Source: a bacterium | GTDB taxonomy: Bacteria; UBA8248; JACPRG01; G963555815 | Direction: 5' to 3' | NCBI GenBank assembly: GCA_965218795.1 | Contig: OZ244653.1 | Location: forward strand, 3,680,001-3,744,000 | DNA length: 64,000 nt | In this document: piece by piece, positions 29,640 to 38,848 of the stretch | How positions within the stretch are numbered: position 1 is the stretch's first letter | How the letters are laid out: every line of letters starts with the position of its first letter | Position numbers and translations under genes: made by a program | The notes under the pieces: model-generated | Databases searched by the model: none | Told to the model about the DNA's origin: nothing | The model's input: only the letters and a program-made list of their open reading frames with translations

Positions 29640-30503
29640 CTATCGCAGGCCGGTGATGACAGCGGCTCCCGCAACAACCAGTATCGCCCCCGCGGCCAGC
29701 CGGATCGTCAAGCGTTCGAGCTTGCGGATGGACAGATACGAAATGATAAGGACAAAAAGCGGATACGTGAACAGAAGGGGCGCCAGGACCGAAACCGTTC
29801 CCTTGTTGAGTGCGATGAAATAGAGGTACACGCCGAGAGCCAGGAGCACCCCCGCGGCCGAAAAGAGGGCCAGCTCCTTTTTCCGGGCGATGAAGCGTTC
29901 GCCGGGCGGAAAGAGCCTGGCGGCGGCCGCAAGCGCCGCAACCCCCGCGAGCGAAGAGGCGGCCATCCCGAAGATCGGCGACGGGATATGGTTCATCCCC
30001 GCCTTTCGAAGAACGGGCACCAGCCCGAAAAGAAAGGCGCCGAGGAAGGGATAACCCAGGTCCTTCCGCCGGATGGGACCCGCCGCCCCTTTCTCCAGGC
30101 TGATGATCACCACGCCGCAGACAACGAACAGTGTTCCCGCGGCCACAATCCATCCGGGCCGCTCCCCCAGAAAGAGCATCGAGACGATCAGCGTGAAAAA
30201 GGGGGAGGTGCCCATGAACGCGGCGGTTCTTGCAACGCCGATTCTCCGAAACGCCTGAAAGATGACCACAATCCCGAACGCGGGGTGGACCATCCCCGCC
30301 AGAAAAAACCAGAGCGTCCCGGGGGCGTTGACGGCCGCCGGGGAGGGCAGGAACAGCCAGAGAGCGCCGAACAGGACCAGGGCCACGGCGGACGTGAGGA
30401 CCCCGCCCGTGTAGGCGGACGAGGAGCGAACGGCGACGCGTCCGATGACGTCCCCCGCGGCAATCCCGATGGCCGCCATGACGGCGAAGACTTCAGCGGG
30501 CAA
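29640..30503 (-). CDS. DMT/EamA transporter, paralog 2
   Basis: Same motifs: GVARTAA..GTSP, LFLGE, TYPLF. Confidence 0.88.
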   Translation of the reverse strand: MPAEVFAVMAAIGIAAGDVIGRVAVRSSSAYTGGVLTSAVALVLFGALWLFLPSPAAVNAPGTLWFFLAGMVHPAFGIVVIFQAFRRIGVARTAAFMGTSPFFTLIVSMLFLGERPGWIVAAGTLFVVCGVVIISLEKGAAGPIRRKDLGYPFLGAFLFGLVPVLRKAGMNHIPSPIFGMAASSLAGVAALAAAARLFPPGERFIARKKELALFSAAGVLLALGVYLYFIALNKGTVSVLAPLLFTYPLFVLIISYLSIRKLERLTIRLAAGAILVVAGAAVITGLR

Positions 30504-30549
30504 TTGGAAGTTCTCCCGTTTTTTGGGTTCGATCCGGTCTCTGTCTTGC

Positions 30550-31425
30550 TCACCGGAACCCGGTGATCGCGATCGCTCCCGAGACGATCAACCCGGCCCC
30601 CAGCACGAGCCGCAGGCTGATCCGCTCCAGCGTCCTGAGCACGAAATGGACCATCGGCAGGATAAACAGGGGATAGGTGAACAGGAGCGGGATGACGACG
30701 GAGACCGTTCCGCGTTCCAGCGCGAGAAAGTAGACGAAAACGAATACCGCATGAATGGCGCCGGACGCGGCATACAGCCGTATCCCTCTCTTGTCCTTGG
30801 TGAATCCCCGGCCGGCCGGAAACATCCTGGCGCAGGCGGTCAGGATGATCAACCCCGAAAAAGAGGCCACGGTCATGCCGAATAGGGGCGAAGGAATGTG
30901 ATTCAAACCGGATTTTCTCAGGACCGGGACCAGACCGAACAGCAAAGCCGTGAGGAACGGATAGCCCATGTCCTTCCATCTCACGGCGCCTTTCGTTCCT
31001 TCTTCCAGACTCAGGAGAATCACGCCGAAGACGATGAGGGCCGTTCCCGCGGCGACGCTCAGGCCCGGCCGCTCCCCGAGGAACAGGACGGCAATGGAGA
31101 CCCCGAACAGCGGCGAGGTTCCCATGATGGCGGCTGTTCGGGCGACGCCCACCCGCTCGAAAGCCTTCATCAGCGTGATGAACCCGAAGGCGGGCTGAGC
31201 CAATCCCGCCAACAGAAACCAGCCGATCCCGGTCAGGTTGACCGGCGCCCCCGGCCCCACCGCCCACAAGACGCTCCCGAACAGGAGAAATCCGATGACG
31301 GACGTCATGAAGGCCCCCATGAAGGGGGACGCATGCCGGAGGGCGAGCCGGGCGACCACGTCCCCCGTCGCGAATCCGATGGCCGTTATGACCGCAAGGA
31401 ATTCGGCTATGAAGAAGAAATTCAT
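30550..31425 (-). CDS. DMT/EamA transporter, paralog 3
   Basis: Same motifs; MNFFFIAEF start with GGAGG RBS. Confidence 0.88.
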   Translation of the reverse strand: MNFFFIAEFLAVITAIGFATGDVVARLALRHASPFMGAFMTSVIGFLLFGSVLWAVGPGAPVNLTGIGWFLLAGLAQPAFGFITLMKAFERVGVARTAAIMGTSPLFGVSIAVLFLGERPGLSVAAGTALIVFGVILLSLEEGTKGAVRWKDMGYPFLTALLFGLVPVLRKSGLNHIPSPLFGMTVASFSGLIILTACARMFPAGRGFTKDKRGIRLYAASGAIHAVFVFVYFLALERGTVSVVIPLLFTYPLFILPMVHFVLRTLERISLRLVLGAGLIVSGAIAITGFR

Positions 31426-31630
31426 CCTCCGCTTCCCGGTCCTGCATGACCCCTTCCGGGCTTCACCGTGCTGTATGCGCACCGCGCATCACAGCTCACG
31501 CCACGGCGGGAGCATCATCCAATTTTTTCATGGAAAACGTTGCTCTTTTATGAAGAGGGGGCGCGCGCCCCTTACGGCTCAGCGTCTGCCCCGGCCCGGT
31601 GGGATCCGACTCCCGGAGCGGTTCTCCTTC

Positions 31631-32626
31631 TCACATCAGATCGACGCCCAGCTCTGCGATGAATTTCCGGTATTCCAGCGCGATGGCGTCCGGGCCCTTG
31701 AGGTGGAGTTCTTCGCGCAGGTCGAGCGGAAGGGCCTCGGGCCGCTGACGCTCGACGATGGCCTGGTCCTGGTCGAGGATCAGCTTGTAGAGGTTCTCCT
31801 GTCCTTCCCCTTCCCCTTGCTCGACGTCCGGGTCGTAGTTGCGGGCGATCATGAAGAACCACGTACAGGAGTCCTCCGTATGGGGCGTACAGAGAAACAC
31901 CAGCACCTCTTCCCGGTCGCCCGGCTCCTCTTTCCAGTTGTAAATGGAGAAGGGGCGGGCCAGGCGGTAGACCCGACGGTGGGGCATGGGATGAATCCGG
32001 TCCGGGTGGCAATCGCAGTGGAAGTGAAGCACTTCCCCGTGACGCTCGATGATCATCTCGGGCGTGAGGGTGTGCTCCCGGTCCCCGAGGATGCCCTCGT
32101 GCACCCAGGAGAAATGTCCCAGGTCGATGAAGTTCTCGATGGCGCGGCCCGCGCCGCATTCCCAGATTCCTCTGTCCCGAATGACGACGTGGTAATTCTC
32201 ATCCTCATACGCCGGGTATTCCGGAATGGGCGCCCGCGGATTCTCCGACTGGGAGACCCAGACGACGCCGTACCGCTCGGCCGCCCGGTAGCGAGTCAGA
32301 CAGGCCTTCTTCGGGATGGGATGCCCGGGCGGTATGGATGGAATTCGGGTGCACCGTCCATCCGCGTTGTAGGACCAGCCGTGATAGGCGCAGACGATCT
32401 CCCCGTTCTCGATCCAGCCCATGGAGATCGGGGTTCCGCGATGGACGCAGAGATCGGAGAAGGCGCTGATGGTGTCGCCCAGGCGGCAGACGACGATGTC
32501 CTCGCCCAGGAGCTTGACCGGCAGGGGCTTGTCGGTCACCTCGCGGGCGTAAGCCACCGGGTGCCAGTAATCCGCCAGCGCCGGCCAGACCGTCACTTCG
32601 TTCAGCTTGCCGTTTCCCGGTGTCAC
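31631..32626 (-). CDS. Rieske non-heme iron oxygenase alpha subunit (VanA/demethylase-like)
   Basis: YWHPV, DLCVHRG, CAYHGW, ENFIDLGHFSWVH, DQD..IVERQ; GTG start with GGAGGG RBS. Confidence 0.9.
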   Translation of the reverse strand: MTPGNGKLNEVTVWPALADYWHPVAYAREVTDKPLPVKLLGEDIVVCRLGDTISAFSDLCVHRGTPISMGWIENGEIVCAYHGWSYNADGRCTRIPSIPPGHPIPKKACLTRYRAAERYGVVWVSQSENPRAPIPEYPAYEDENYHVVIRDRGIWECGAGRAIENFIDLGHFSWVHEGILGDREHTLTPEMIIERHGEVLHFHCDCHPDRIHPMPHRRVYRLARPFSIYNWKEEPGDREEVLVFLCTPHTEDSCTWFFMIARNYDPDVEQGEGEGQENLYKLILDQDQAIVERQRPEALPLDLREELHLKGPDAIALEYRKFIAELGVDLM

Positions 32627-32670
32627 GCGCCCTCCGATTTCCCCGCATGATTTCTTGCGGGTTTCCGGCT

Positions 32671-33039
32671 TCAATCCACCTCGTCGTCGCTTGTGCCGGT
32701 TTTCCCGACAGGGTTGACCTGGGACCAGTCCAGCACCATGTCCCGGATGAACGTGTCCCGGACGCTGGGAAGCGGCTCGATGGTCATGTCTCCCTTTTCG
32801 GCGATCTCGGTGCACGCCAGCCGGGTGCGGCCGTTCACCTTGACGTGACAGGCCACGCACTTCCCGACGCGGCATGACCCGTAGAAGCAGACGGACGGGT
32901 CGAGCTCGTCGTAGATATACGCCAGGATGTTGAGGATGCTCCACCCCTCTTCGATGGGCACCTGGTATTCGTCGAAATGGGGCTCTTTCTCGGTGACCGG
33001 GTTCAATCGTTCCAGTTTGACGGTGTAGGTTTTTGCCAT
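32671..33039 (-). CDS. Stand-alone SdhB/FrdB N-terminal 2Fe-2S domain protein
   Basis: SCRVGKCVAC...VNG...LAC, IEPL, IRDMV; lacks the 4Fe-4S/3Fe-4S domain. Confidence 0.85.
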   Translation of the reverse strand: MAKTYTVKLERLNPVTEKEPHFDEYQVPIEEGWSILNILAYIYDELDPSVCFYGSCRVGKCVACHVKVNGRTRLACTEIAEKGDMTIEPLPSVRDTFIRDMVLDWSQVNPVGKTGTSDDEVD

Positions 33040-33046
33040 GGCTCCC

Positions 33047-34819
33047 TCACTCGGCGTCCCAGTACTTGTAGACCTTGCGCGGCAGCTCTATCGTCGTTGT
33101 GACGACGGGCTCGGTCCGAAGATTCATTTGATCGCCCTCCCCATAGATGATGACGTTCTTGAGCCAGTTGATTCCGTCCGTGTCGTTGAAGTCCCGGCGG
33201 AACATGGCGCCCCGGCTCTCCTCTCGGAGAAGGCTGGCTTTGCCGACCATTTCCATCATGGTCAGCAGATTCTCCGTCTGGAGGGCTTCGATCCACTCCA
33301 TGTTGTACTGGAGTAAATCGGGGTTTTTCGTGCAGACGGTTTTCTCCTGCTCCTTGAGCTCCTCGACCTTCTGGAGGGTCTCCTCCAGGTTCTTGCCGTC
33401 CCGGACGGCGTTCAGGTAGAGGTGGGACAGCCGGCGCGTCTCCTTCCGGATTTCGATGGGGCTCGCGCCGGACTTGCGGTTCAACGGAGCGAAAATTTTC
33501 TCCTTCAACGCTCCGGCCTGCTCCGCGTCCACTTCCACCCGTCCCTGCTCCTTGACGAACTTCGCGGCGGCTTCTCCGGCCCGCGGACCCCAGACCTGCG
33601 TCATGGTCAGCGCGTTTCCCGACACGCGGTTCCCGCCGTGAATGCCGCCCGTTCCCTCGCCCGCCGCGTACAGGCCGGGCACGTTGGTCTCGCAGTGCTC
33701 GTCGATCTTGACGCCGCCGGTCCAGAAGTGGCACGCCGGGGCGCACTCGATGGCGTCCTGGCTGAGGTCCGGCAGGAACTCCTTCATCTTGAAGGCTCCG
33801 TAACGCCACCGGCCGATCATCTTGGGGAGCCAGTCCGAGCTGCGGTCGAGGATGTTCCGGGGGATGTGCTTCAGAGACAGATAGGTCCCGTCATTGGGGC
33901 TTCCCCGCCCCTCCAGAACCTCCATCATCTGGGCGATGGCATTGACGTCCCGGGTGCTCTGCGCCAAGCGCATCCGGTCCCACTTGATCATATACTCCTG
34001 GCCCATCCGGTTCAGGGCCTTGGCGTCCAGGTAGGCGCTCAGCAGGTACGGAAAGTCGATGCTGTTGACGGCGTCCGGCTTGATCAGGATGTAGGGCAGG
34101 AACATGGGAAACTCCATGTCCATGAGCTCCGCGCCGGCCCGGTAGGCCGCGGCCAGGCCGTCGCCCGTCAGCTCCTCAGGGGCCGTCGTGTACCGGTACA
34201 TCCGCATCGCCCCGCCGGTGCAGAGGATGACCGCCGGCGCCTCAAAGGCGATGGTCTTCCCGTTCCGGTAGTCGAGGCCGATGGCGCCGACGCACCGCCC
34301 GGCACTCGTCAGGAGGTCGGTGAGCATGAAGGTTTCGATCAGCCGGATGCCTGGACGCTTTCGGATTTCCTGGGTCAGCACCCGGGCGAACTCCGGGCCT
34401 TCGATCCAGATCCCGCGGGGATACTGATGGCCCGGGGCGTGGGTCAGCCGTTCGATGCGGATCCCCCAGTCGACGAGATCCTTCACCCGGGGCCCCGCCT
34501 CCTCCGCGTGGATCTCGACGAGCCGCTGGTTGTTGAGCCAGTCCCCCTCGTGCACCATGTCCTCAAAGAAGGTCTGGATGCTGTCGTCCGGGTGCCCGGG
34601 CAGGTTGAAAAGCTTGATGCAGGATTGGCTGTCCACGTCGATGTCCGCATCGGCCGTCAGCGTTGCGCCGCTCTTGCCCACGAACCCTTTTGTGACCACT
34701 GTGACGGACACGCCGGCGTCGTGGGCCGAGATCGCCGCGCGCGCCCCGGCCCCTTCGCTTCCCGCAATCAGCACGTCCGTCTGGATGACCTCATCCACTA
34801 CGTCTGCCAAGCTGGCCAT
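33047..34819 (-). CDS. SdhA/FrdA/TfrA-like flavoprotein
   Basis: DVLIAGSEGAG, CTGG, TGDG..AYRAGA, STRDV, HFWTGG, AAGE..GIHGGNR, REESRG. Confidence 0.88.
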   Translation of the reverse strand: MASLADVVDEVIQTDVLIAGSEGAGARAAISAHDAGVSVTVVTKGFVGKSGATLTADADIDVDSQSCIKLFNLPGHPDDSIQTFFEDMVHEGDWLNNQRLVEIHAEEAGPRVKDLVDWGIRIERLTHAPGHQYPRGIWIEGPEFARVLTQEIRKRPGIRLIETFMLTDLLTSAGRCVGAIGLDYRNGKTIAFEAPAVILCTGGAMRMYRYTTAPEELTGDGLAAAYRAGAELMDMEFPMFLPYILIKPDAVNSIDFPYLLSAYLDAKALNRMGQEYMIKWDRMRLAQSTRDVNAIAQMMEVLEGRGSPNDGTYLSLKHIPRNILDRSSDWLPKMIGRWRYGAFKMKEFLPDLSQDAIECAPACHFWTGGVKIDEHCETNVPGLYAAGEGTGGIHGGNRVSGNALTMTQVWGPRAGEAAAKFVKEQGRVEVDAEQAGALKEKIFAPLNRKSGASPIEIRKETRRLSHLYLNAVRDGKNLEETLQKVEELKEQEKTVCTKNPDLLQYNMEWIEALQTENLLTMMEMVGKASLLREESRGAMFRRDFNDTDGINWLKNVIIYGEGDQMNLRTEPVVTTTIELPRKVYKYWDAE

Positions 34820-34927
34820 TCCATCCTCCTGTTCATCGAAATCCGAGGCCGCCCCGCGGACCTGTGTCGCGCATTCGGGCGTCTTCGCGGACACTCACGG
34901 AGTGAACACTCACGGATGCGGGCGCTC

Positions 34928-35010
34928 CCCGCCTCCTGAATTCATGGAATAGTGGGATTTACCGGGATTTTATGGGAAATTGCCCGGCACACCCGCCTCC
35001 TGAATTCATG
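34928..35010. repeat. 19-bp exact direct repeat (candidate operator)
   Basis: cccgcctcctgaattcatg at 34928 and 34992. Confidence 0.6.
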
Positions 35011-35029
35011 CGGTCCATTCCATCGTGAC

Positions 35030-36199
35030 TCAGTCGGCGGGCTGCGCGACCAGCAGATCCCGCCGGCACCGGCTGAGAATCTCGCTCCCGTCTTCGGTGA
35101 TGAGAATGTTGTCTTCCACGTGAAAGCACCCGTCTTCCCGCATCCAGCCCGGCTCGACGGTAATCACCATCCCCGGCTCAAGGACCGTGTGGTCGTACGC
35201 GGCGACGTGCGGCGGTTCGGTGATCATCGTCCCCATGCCGTGCCCGATGCGCCCGCCGGCGAAGTCGATCGCGTTGTAGTCGTATCCCGCCTTTTCGAAG
35301 AGCCCGTCGTTTACGGCCTGGACGTCCGAGCATGTCATGCCGGGCCGGACCGCCTCGATGGTCTTTTGGGTGATATCGACGATCAGGTCGTAGACGCGGC
35401 GCTGTTCGTCGGAAGGCTCGCCGAGAAACACCATCCGCGTGAAGTCGGACCAGTAATCCCCCACGCAACATCCGCCGTCCATCCAGAGGACATCCCCGGC
35501 CTTCAGGGTCCGATCGGCCGGCCCGCCGCAGGGGATGTCGTAATTTTCAGGACCCGAGTTGATGAGGAACCAGGGGCTCCCTCCGCCTCGATCCATGTGC
35601 AGCCGGATGAATTGGTCGACGACCCCGGCTTCCGTCATGCCTGCGCGGACGGTGGAGAACAGGGCTTCGTACACCTCTCCGGTGATCCGCCCGGCCTCCC
35701 GAAGCCGTTCGATCTCCGCGGGGGATTTCACCATTCGGCATCCCCAGATCACCGCCGATCCGTCCTGAAAATCGGCGGCCGGGACGGCATCGGCGATAGC
35801 TTGGAGGTCCTCGCGCGATATGCCGAGGCGTTGTTCATATCCCAGCTCACAACCGATTTTCCCGGATCCCAGCCCGGCGTCTTTCAGGGCCTGGGCGACG
35901 GTCTCTACGGGCGCGCCTCCCAGGGTTTCAAACACCCGAATGTCGTCGATATACGTGCTGCGGGCTGTCAGGTCCTTGAAGAACTTGTGAACGATGCAGA
36001 CGGGGTCGCCCGAACGCGGCAGAAGAAACGTCGTCGGGCGCGAAAAGGAGAAATCCGGATTCCCTCCGCAGAAGTAACCGTAGTTGGTCTTCTCCGTGAT
36101 GAGAAGACCGTCCAGTCCGGCCTCGTCCATTTTTCGCTGGGCGGTTTGCCACCTGGCTTCATACTCGGGTTTCGGAAACCGGTGATAATGGATCGCCAT
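35030..36199 (-). CDS. M24 (Xaa-Pro peptidase/creatinase-like) hydrolase
   Basis: VKSPAEI, D..SDFTR, GHGMG, EPG, HVED metal ligands. Confidence 0.9.
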   Translation of the reverse strand: MAIHYHRFPKPEYEARWQTAQRKMDEAGLDGLLITEKTNYGYFCGGNPDFSFSRPTTFLLPRSGDPVCIVHKFFKDLTARSTYIDDIRVFETLGGAPVETVAQALKDAGLGSGKIGCELGYEQRLGISREDLQAIADAVPAADFQDGSAVIWGCRMVKSPAEIERLREAGRITGEVYEALFSTVRAGMTEAGVVDQFIRLHMDRGGGSPWFLINSGPENYDIPCGGPADRTLKAGDVLWMDGGCCVGDYWSDFTRMVFLGEPSDEQRRVYDLIVDITQKTIEAVRPGMTCSDVQAVNDGLFEKAGYDYNAIDFAGGRIGHGMGTMITEPPHVAAYDHTVLEPGMVITVEPGWMREDGCFHVEDNILITEDGSEILSRCRRDLLVAQPAD

Positions 36200-36216
36200 G
36201 GTTCCAGTTGTCTCCG

Positions 36217-36786
36217 TCAAGGGTTCGACGTGCCGATCACGAGGGCCTCGCAATCCTTTCCGCCGAGGGCCCGGGCGCCATGCATCCGCTCCGCGTCGAT
36301 GTAAAGACTGTCTCCCTCCTGGAGCGTCAGACGCTTGTCGCCATAGATGAATTCCAGTTCCCCTCTTAATACGAACAAGAATTCTTCTCCGGCATGGTGG
36401 GAGGTGGGTATCTCCAGGAGATCGTGGGGATAGACCAGGAGAAAGGGAGACATCCGCCGGCCTTTTCGCGGCGGGGCGAGGGAATAGTAGGTATAACCAA
36501 TCTGGTCATCGGTGAGAGAGAGCAGCGTTCGCTCATTTTTCCGAACGAGGGAGGGATCGTCGCCGTTCTCCTCGCTGAAAATCCCGGAAAGCGAAATGTT
36601 CAGGGCGGTACAGATTCGCGAGTAGGTCGAAATCGGCGAGCTCACCTTTCCGTTCTCGATTTTTGACAGGACGCTTTTCGAGATGCCGGCCTGTTCGGCC
36701 AACTGCTCCAGCGTGTATTGCTGCGATTTTCGAAGCTCCCGTATCCGGGCTCCGACCGTCTCCTCAACGGAGAGAGTTTGTTCCAT
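36217..36786 (-). CDS. XRE-family HTH plus cupin transcriptional regulator
   Basis: TLEQLA..GISKSVLSKIENG; HAGEEF..VLRG..GDS. Confidence 0.92.
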   Translation of the reverse strand: MEQTLSVEETVGARIRELRKSQQYTLEQLAEQAGISKSVLSKIENGKVSSPISTYSRICTALNISLSGIFSEENGDDPSLVRKNERTLLSLTDDQIGYTYYSLAPPRKGRRMSPFLLVYPHDLLEIPTSHHAGEEFLFVLRGELEFIYGDKRLTLQEGDSLYIDAERMHGARALGGKDCEALVIGTSNP

Positions 36787-36825
36787 GGGTTTTCACCAGC
36801 GAGGGTTCTTCTGAGTGGAAAATAA

Positions 36826-36840
36826 TATCATCTGATGATA
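36826..36840. promoter_or_regulatory. Palindromic operator candidate
   Basis: tatcatc-t-gatgata, perfect 7-1-7 inverted repeat 40 bp upstream of the XRE gene. Confidence 0.5.
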
Positions 36841-37075
36841 CTTGAGCCGGTTGAGGCTGTCAAACGTGATTTTCGGGGTTTATCGTGAGATAGACCATGA
36901 TAATCTAAAAATGACAGCTGCAAAGCGAGAAGAATTTTCTGGGTTTTATGAAGAGATCACTCTTGGCTTGCGTCCTGGTACGAGGTAGGCCGGGCGTCCC
37001 GCCCGGCAGGGGTTCCGGGTCTTGTCGATGACTGCACCCTCGAAATCCGGCTGGATTCAGCCGGCTTGGAAAAGG

Positions 37076-37936
37076 ATGCATAAGATGCCGATCTTTCGGA
37101 GGAAATATTTCGGATTGAGTGGCGGGCCCCGCTGGACGGCGGCGGGGATCCTGCTGACCCTGCTGGCCTTCCCGCCGGGGGTCTGGGCGAGATGCGCGCT
37201 GAACGTCGCCGACGGCTCGGGCGCCGCTCCGGTTCCCATGATCGTGAGGGTGTCCGGTGATGGTCTTCCGGCTGTGCCGGCGGGTCACCTGCGGGTGACC
37301 TTCCTCGGGCATTCGAGTTTTCTCGTGACGACCCCGGGCGGGGCCTCCATTGTCACCGATTACAATGATCGATTCCTTCCGGCCAGGCCGCCGCACGCGG
37401 CGACGATGAGCAACTCCCACCACCTGCACAGCTCGGAAACCATTGAGCCGGCGTTGACCCGGCCTCTGCGCGGATGGGACCCCGAAGGCGGAATTGCAAG
37501 AGTCGAAATCATGATCAAGGACGCCAAGGTCTTCAATGTCCCGACGAACTTCAGCGGGGCCGGAGGCATCCGGATCAACGGGAATTCCATTTTCATCGTG
37601 GAAGCGGCGGGCCTTTGCGTTGCTCACCTCGGCAACTTGCGGCACCTCCTCGACAAGAAGGGCTTGCGGGATCTGGGGCGGATTGACGTCCTCTTTATCT
37701 CCGCCGACGGCTCATGGACGCTCAGCCATCCGGACGCGATCCAGCTGATCCGCCAGATCAGCCCGTCTATCGTCATTCCCATGCAATATGGATTCATGGG
37801 TCCGCACCCGTTTGCGGTCGCTGCGATGCGGTACTTTCCGGTGAAAGAGTTGAACCGAAGCTCGTTTTTGATCAGCCGGAAGACGTTGCCCCGTCGCACG
37901 GAAGTGTTTTTTGTCCGGCCCCTTCAGGAAGGATAG
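37076..37936 (+). CDS. Secreted MBL-fold hydrolase, paralog 1
   Basis: GHSSF..TPGG..TDY, MSNSHHLH, NSIF..GLCVAHLG, IPM. Confidence 0.85.
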   Translation: MHKMPIFRRKYFGLSGGPRWTAAGILLTLLAFPPGVWARCALNVADGSGAAPVPMIVRVSGDGLPAVPAGHLRVTFLGHSSFLVTTPGGASIVTDYNDRFLPARPPHAATMSNSHHLHSSETIEPALTRPLRGWDPEGGIARVEIMIKDAKVFNVPTNFSGAGGIRINGNSIFIVEAAGLCVAHLGNLRHLLDKKGLRDLGRIDVLFISADGSWTLSHPDAIQLIRQISPSIVIPMQYGFMGPHPFAVAAMRYFPVKELNRSSFLISRKTLPRRTEVFFVRPLQEG

Positions 37937-37938
37937 GC

Positions 37939-38841
37939 GTGAGCGTGTTCCATCAACCGTCTTTTCGATTGAAGGAATGGATGGAGCGGCGATTCGGGCC
38001 GATGGGGTGGCTCGGCTGTGTGGCGGTATGGCTGCTGCTGTCCTCCGGCATTGCGTGGGGCGCTTGCTCCCTGAACATGGTGAACGAAGACACGCCATCG
38101 GGTGGGCCGGGCGTCCCGCCCGATGGCGTTCAGGGGATCCGGCTTGTTGCATCGACCGGTCCGGATGCTGTCCCCGCCGGGCATCTGAGGATTTATTTTT
38201 CCGGACACTCAAGCTTTTACCTGGAGACGCCCGAGGGCGCGCGGATCTTCACCGATTACAATGCCCGGGATCTTCCTCCCGTGATTCCCGAGATCATCAC
38301 CATGAGCAACCCGCATCCGACGCACAGCGTGCAGGTGATCGATCCCGGCCCGGCGAAGATTCTTCGAGGCTGGAACCCGAAAGGGGGCAGTGCGAAGGTT
38401 GACCTGAAGCATAAGGACGCCCGAATCTTCAACCTCCCGACAAATCGGACGGAGATCAACGGGAAGAGCTATTTTTTGAACTCCATCTTTATCGTTGAGG
38501 CCTCAAGACTATGCGTGGCTCACCTGGGAAACCTGAATCACCTTCTTGCTCCCGAAGACGTGGGAAAACTGGGCCGTGTGGACTTGCTCTTCGTGCCGAT
38601 TGGAACCATCGGCGCGCTCAGCCCGGCGGATGCGGTGGCGGTGATCCGGCAGATCCGGGCTCCCCTCGTGATCCCGATGCACTTCGACACGACCAACCCC
38701 AATGTGTTCGTGGCGCTGGCCCGGGAGTCATTCCCGGTTAAAGTTCTGAACGGGAATCATATGTTGGTCAGCCGTGAATCCTTGCCGAAGACCACGGAGA
38801 TCGTGTTCATGCTGGTCGAGCCCGTCCCGGAAGAGAAATGA
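37939..38841 (+). CDS. Secreted MBL-fold hydrolase, paralog 2
   Basis: GHSSF, MSNPHPTH, AHLGNLNH, IPMHF. Confidence 0.85.
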   Translation: MSVFHQPSFRLKEWMERRFGPMGWLGCVAVWLLLSSGIAWGACSLNMVNEDTPSGGPGVPPDGVQGIRLVASTGPDAVPAGHLRIYFSGHSSFYLETPEGARIFTDYNARDLPPVIPEIITMSNPHPTHSVQVIDPGPAKILRGWNPKGGSAKVDLKHKDARIFNLPTNRTEINGKSYFLNSIFIVEASRLCVAHLGNLNHLLAPEDVGKLGRVDLLFVPIGTIGALSPADAVAVIRQIRAPLVIPMHFDTTNPNVFVALARESFPVKVLNGNHMLVSRESLPKTTEIVFMLVEPVPEEK

Positions 38842-38848
38842 GCCGCCT

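Noticed and set aside
33047-34819. Respiratory succinate dehydrogenase sdhA
   Set aside because: Lacks the FAD-linking His and QFHP His, the partner is truncated, and there are no anchor genes, so no gene symbol was given.
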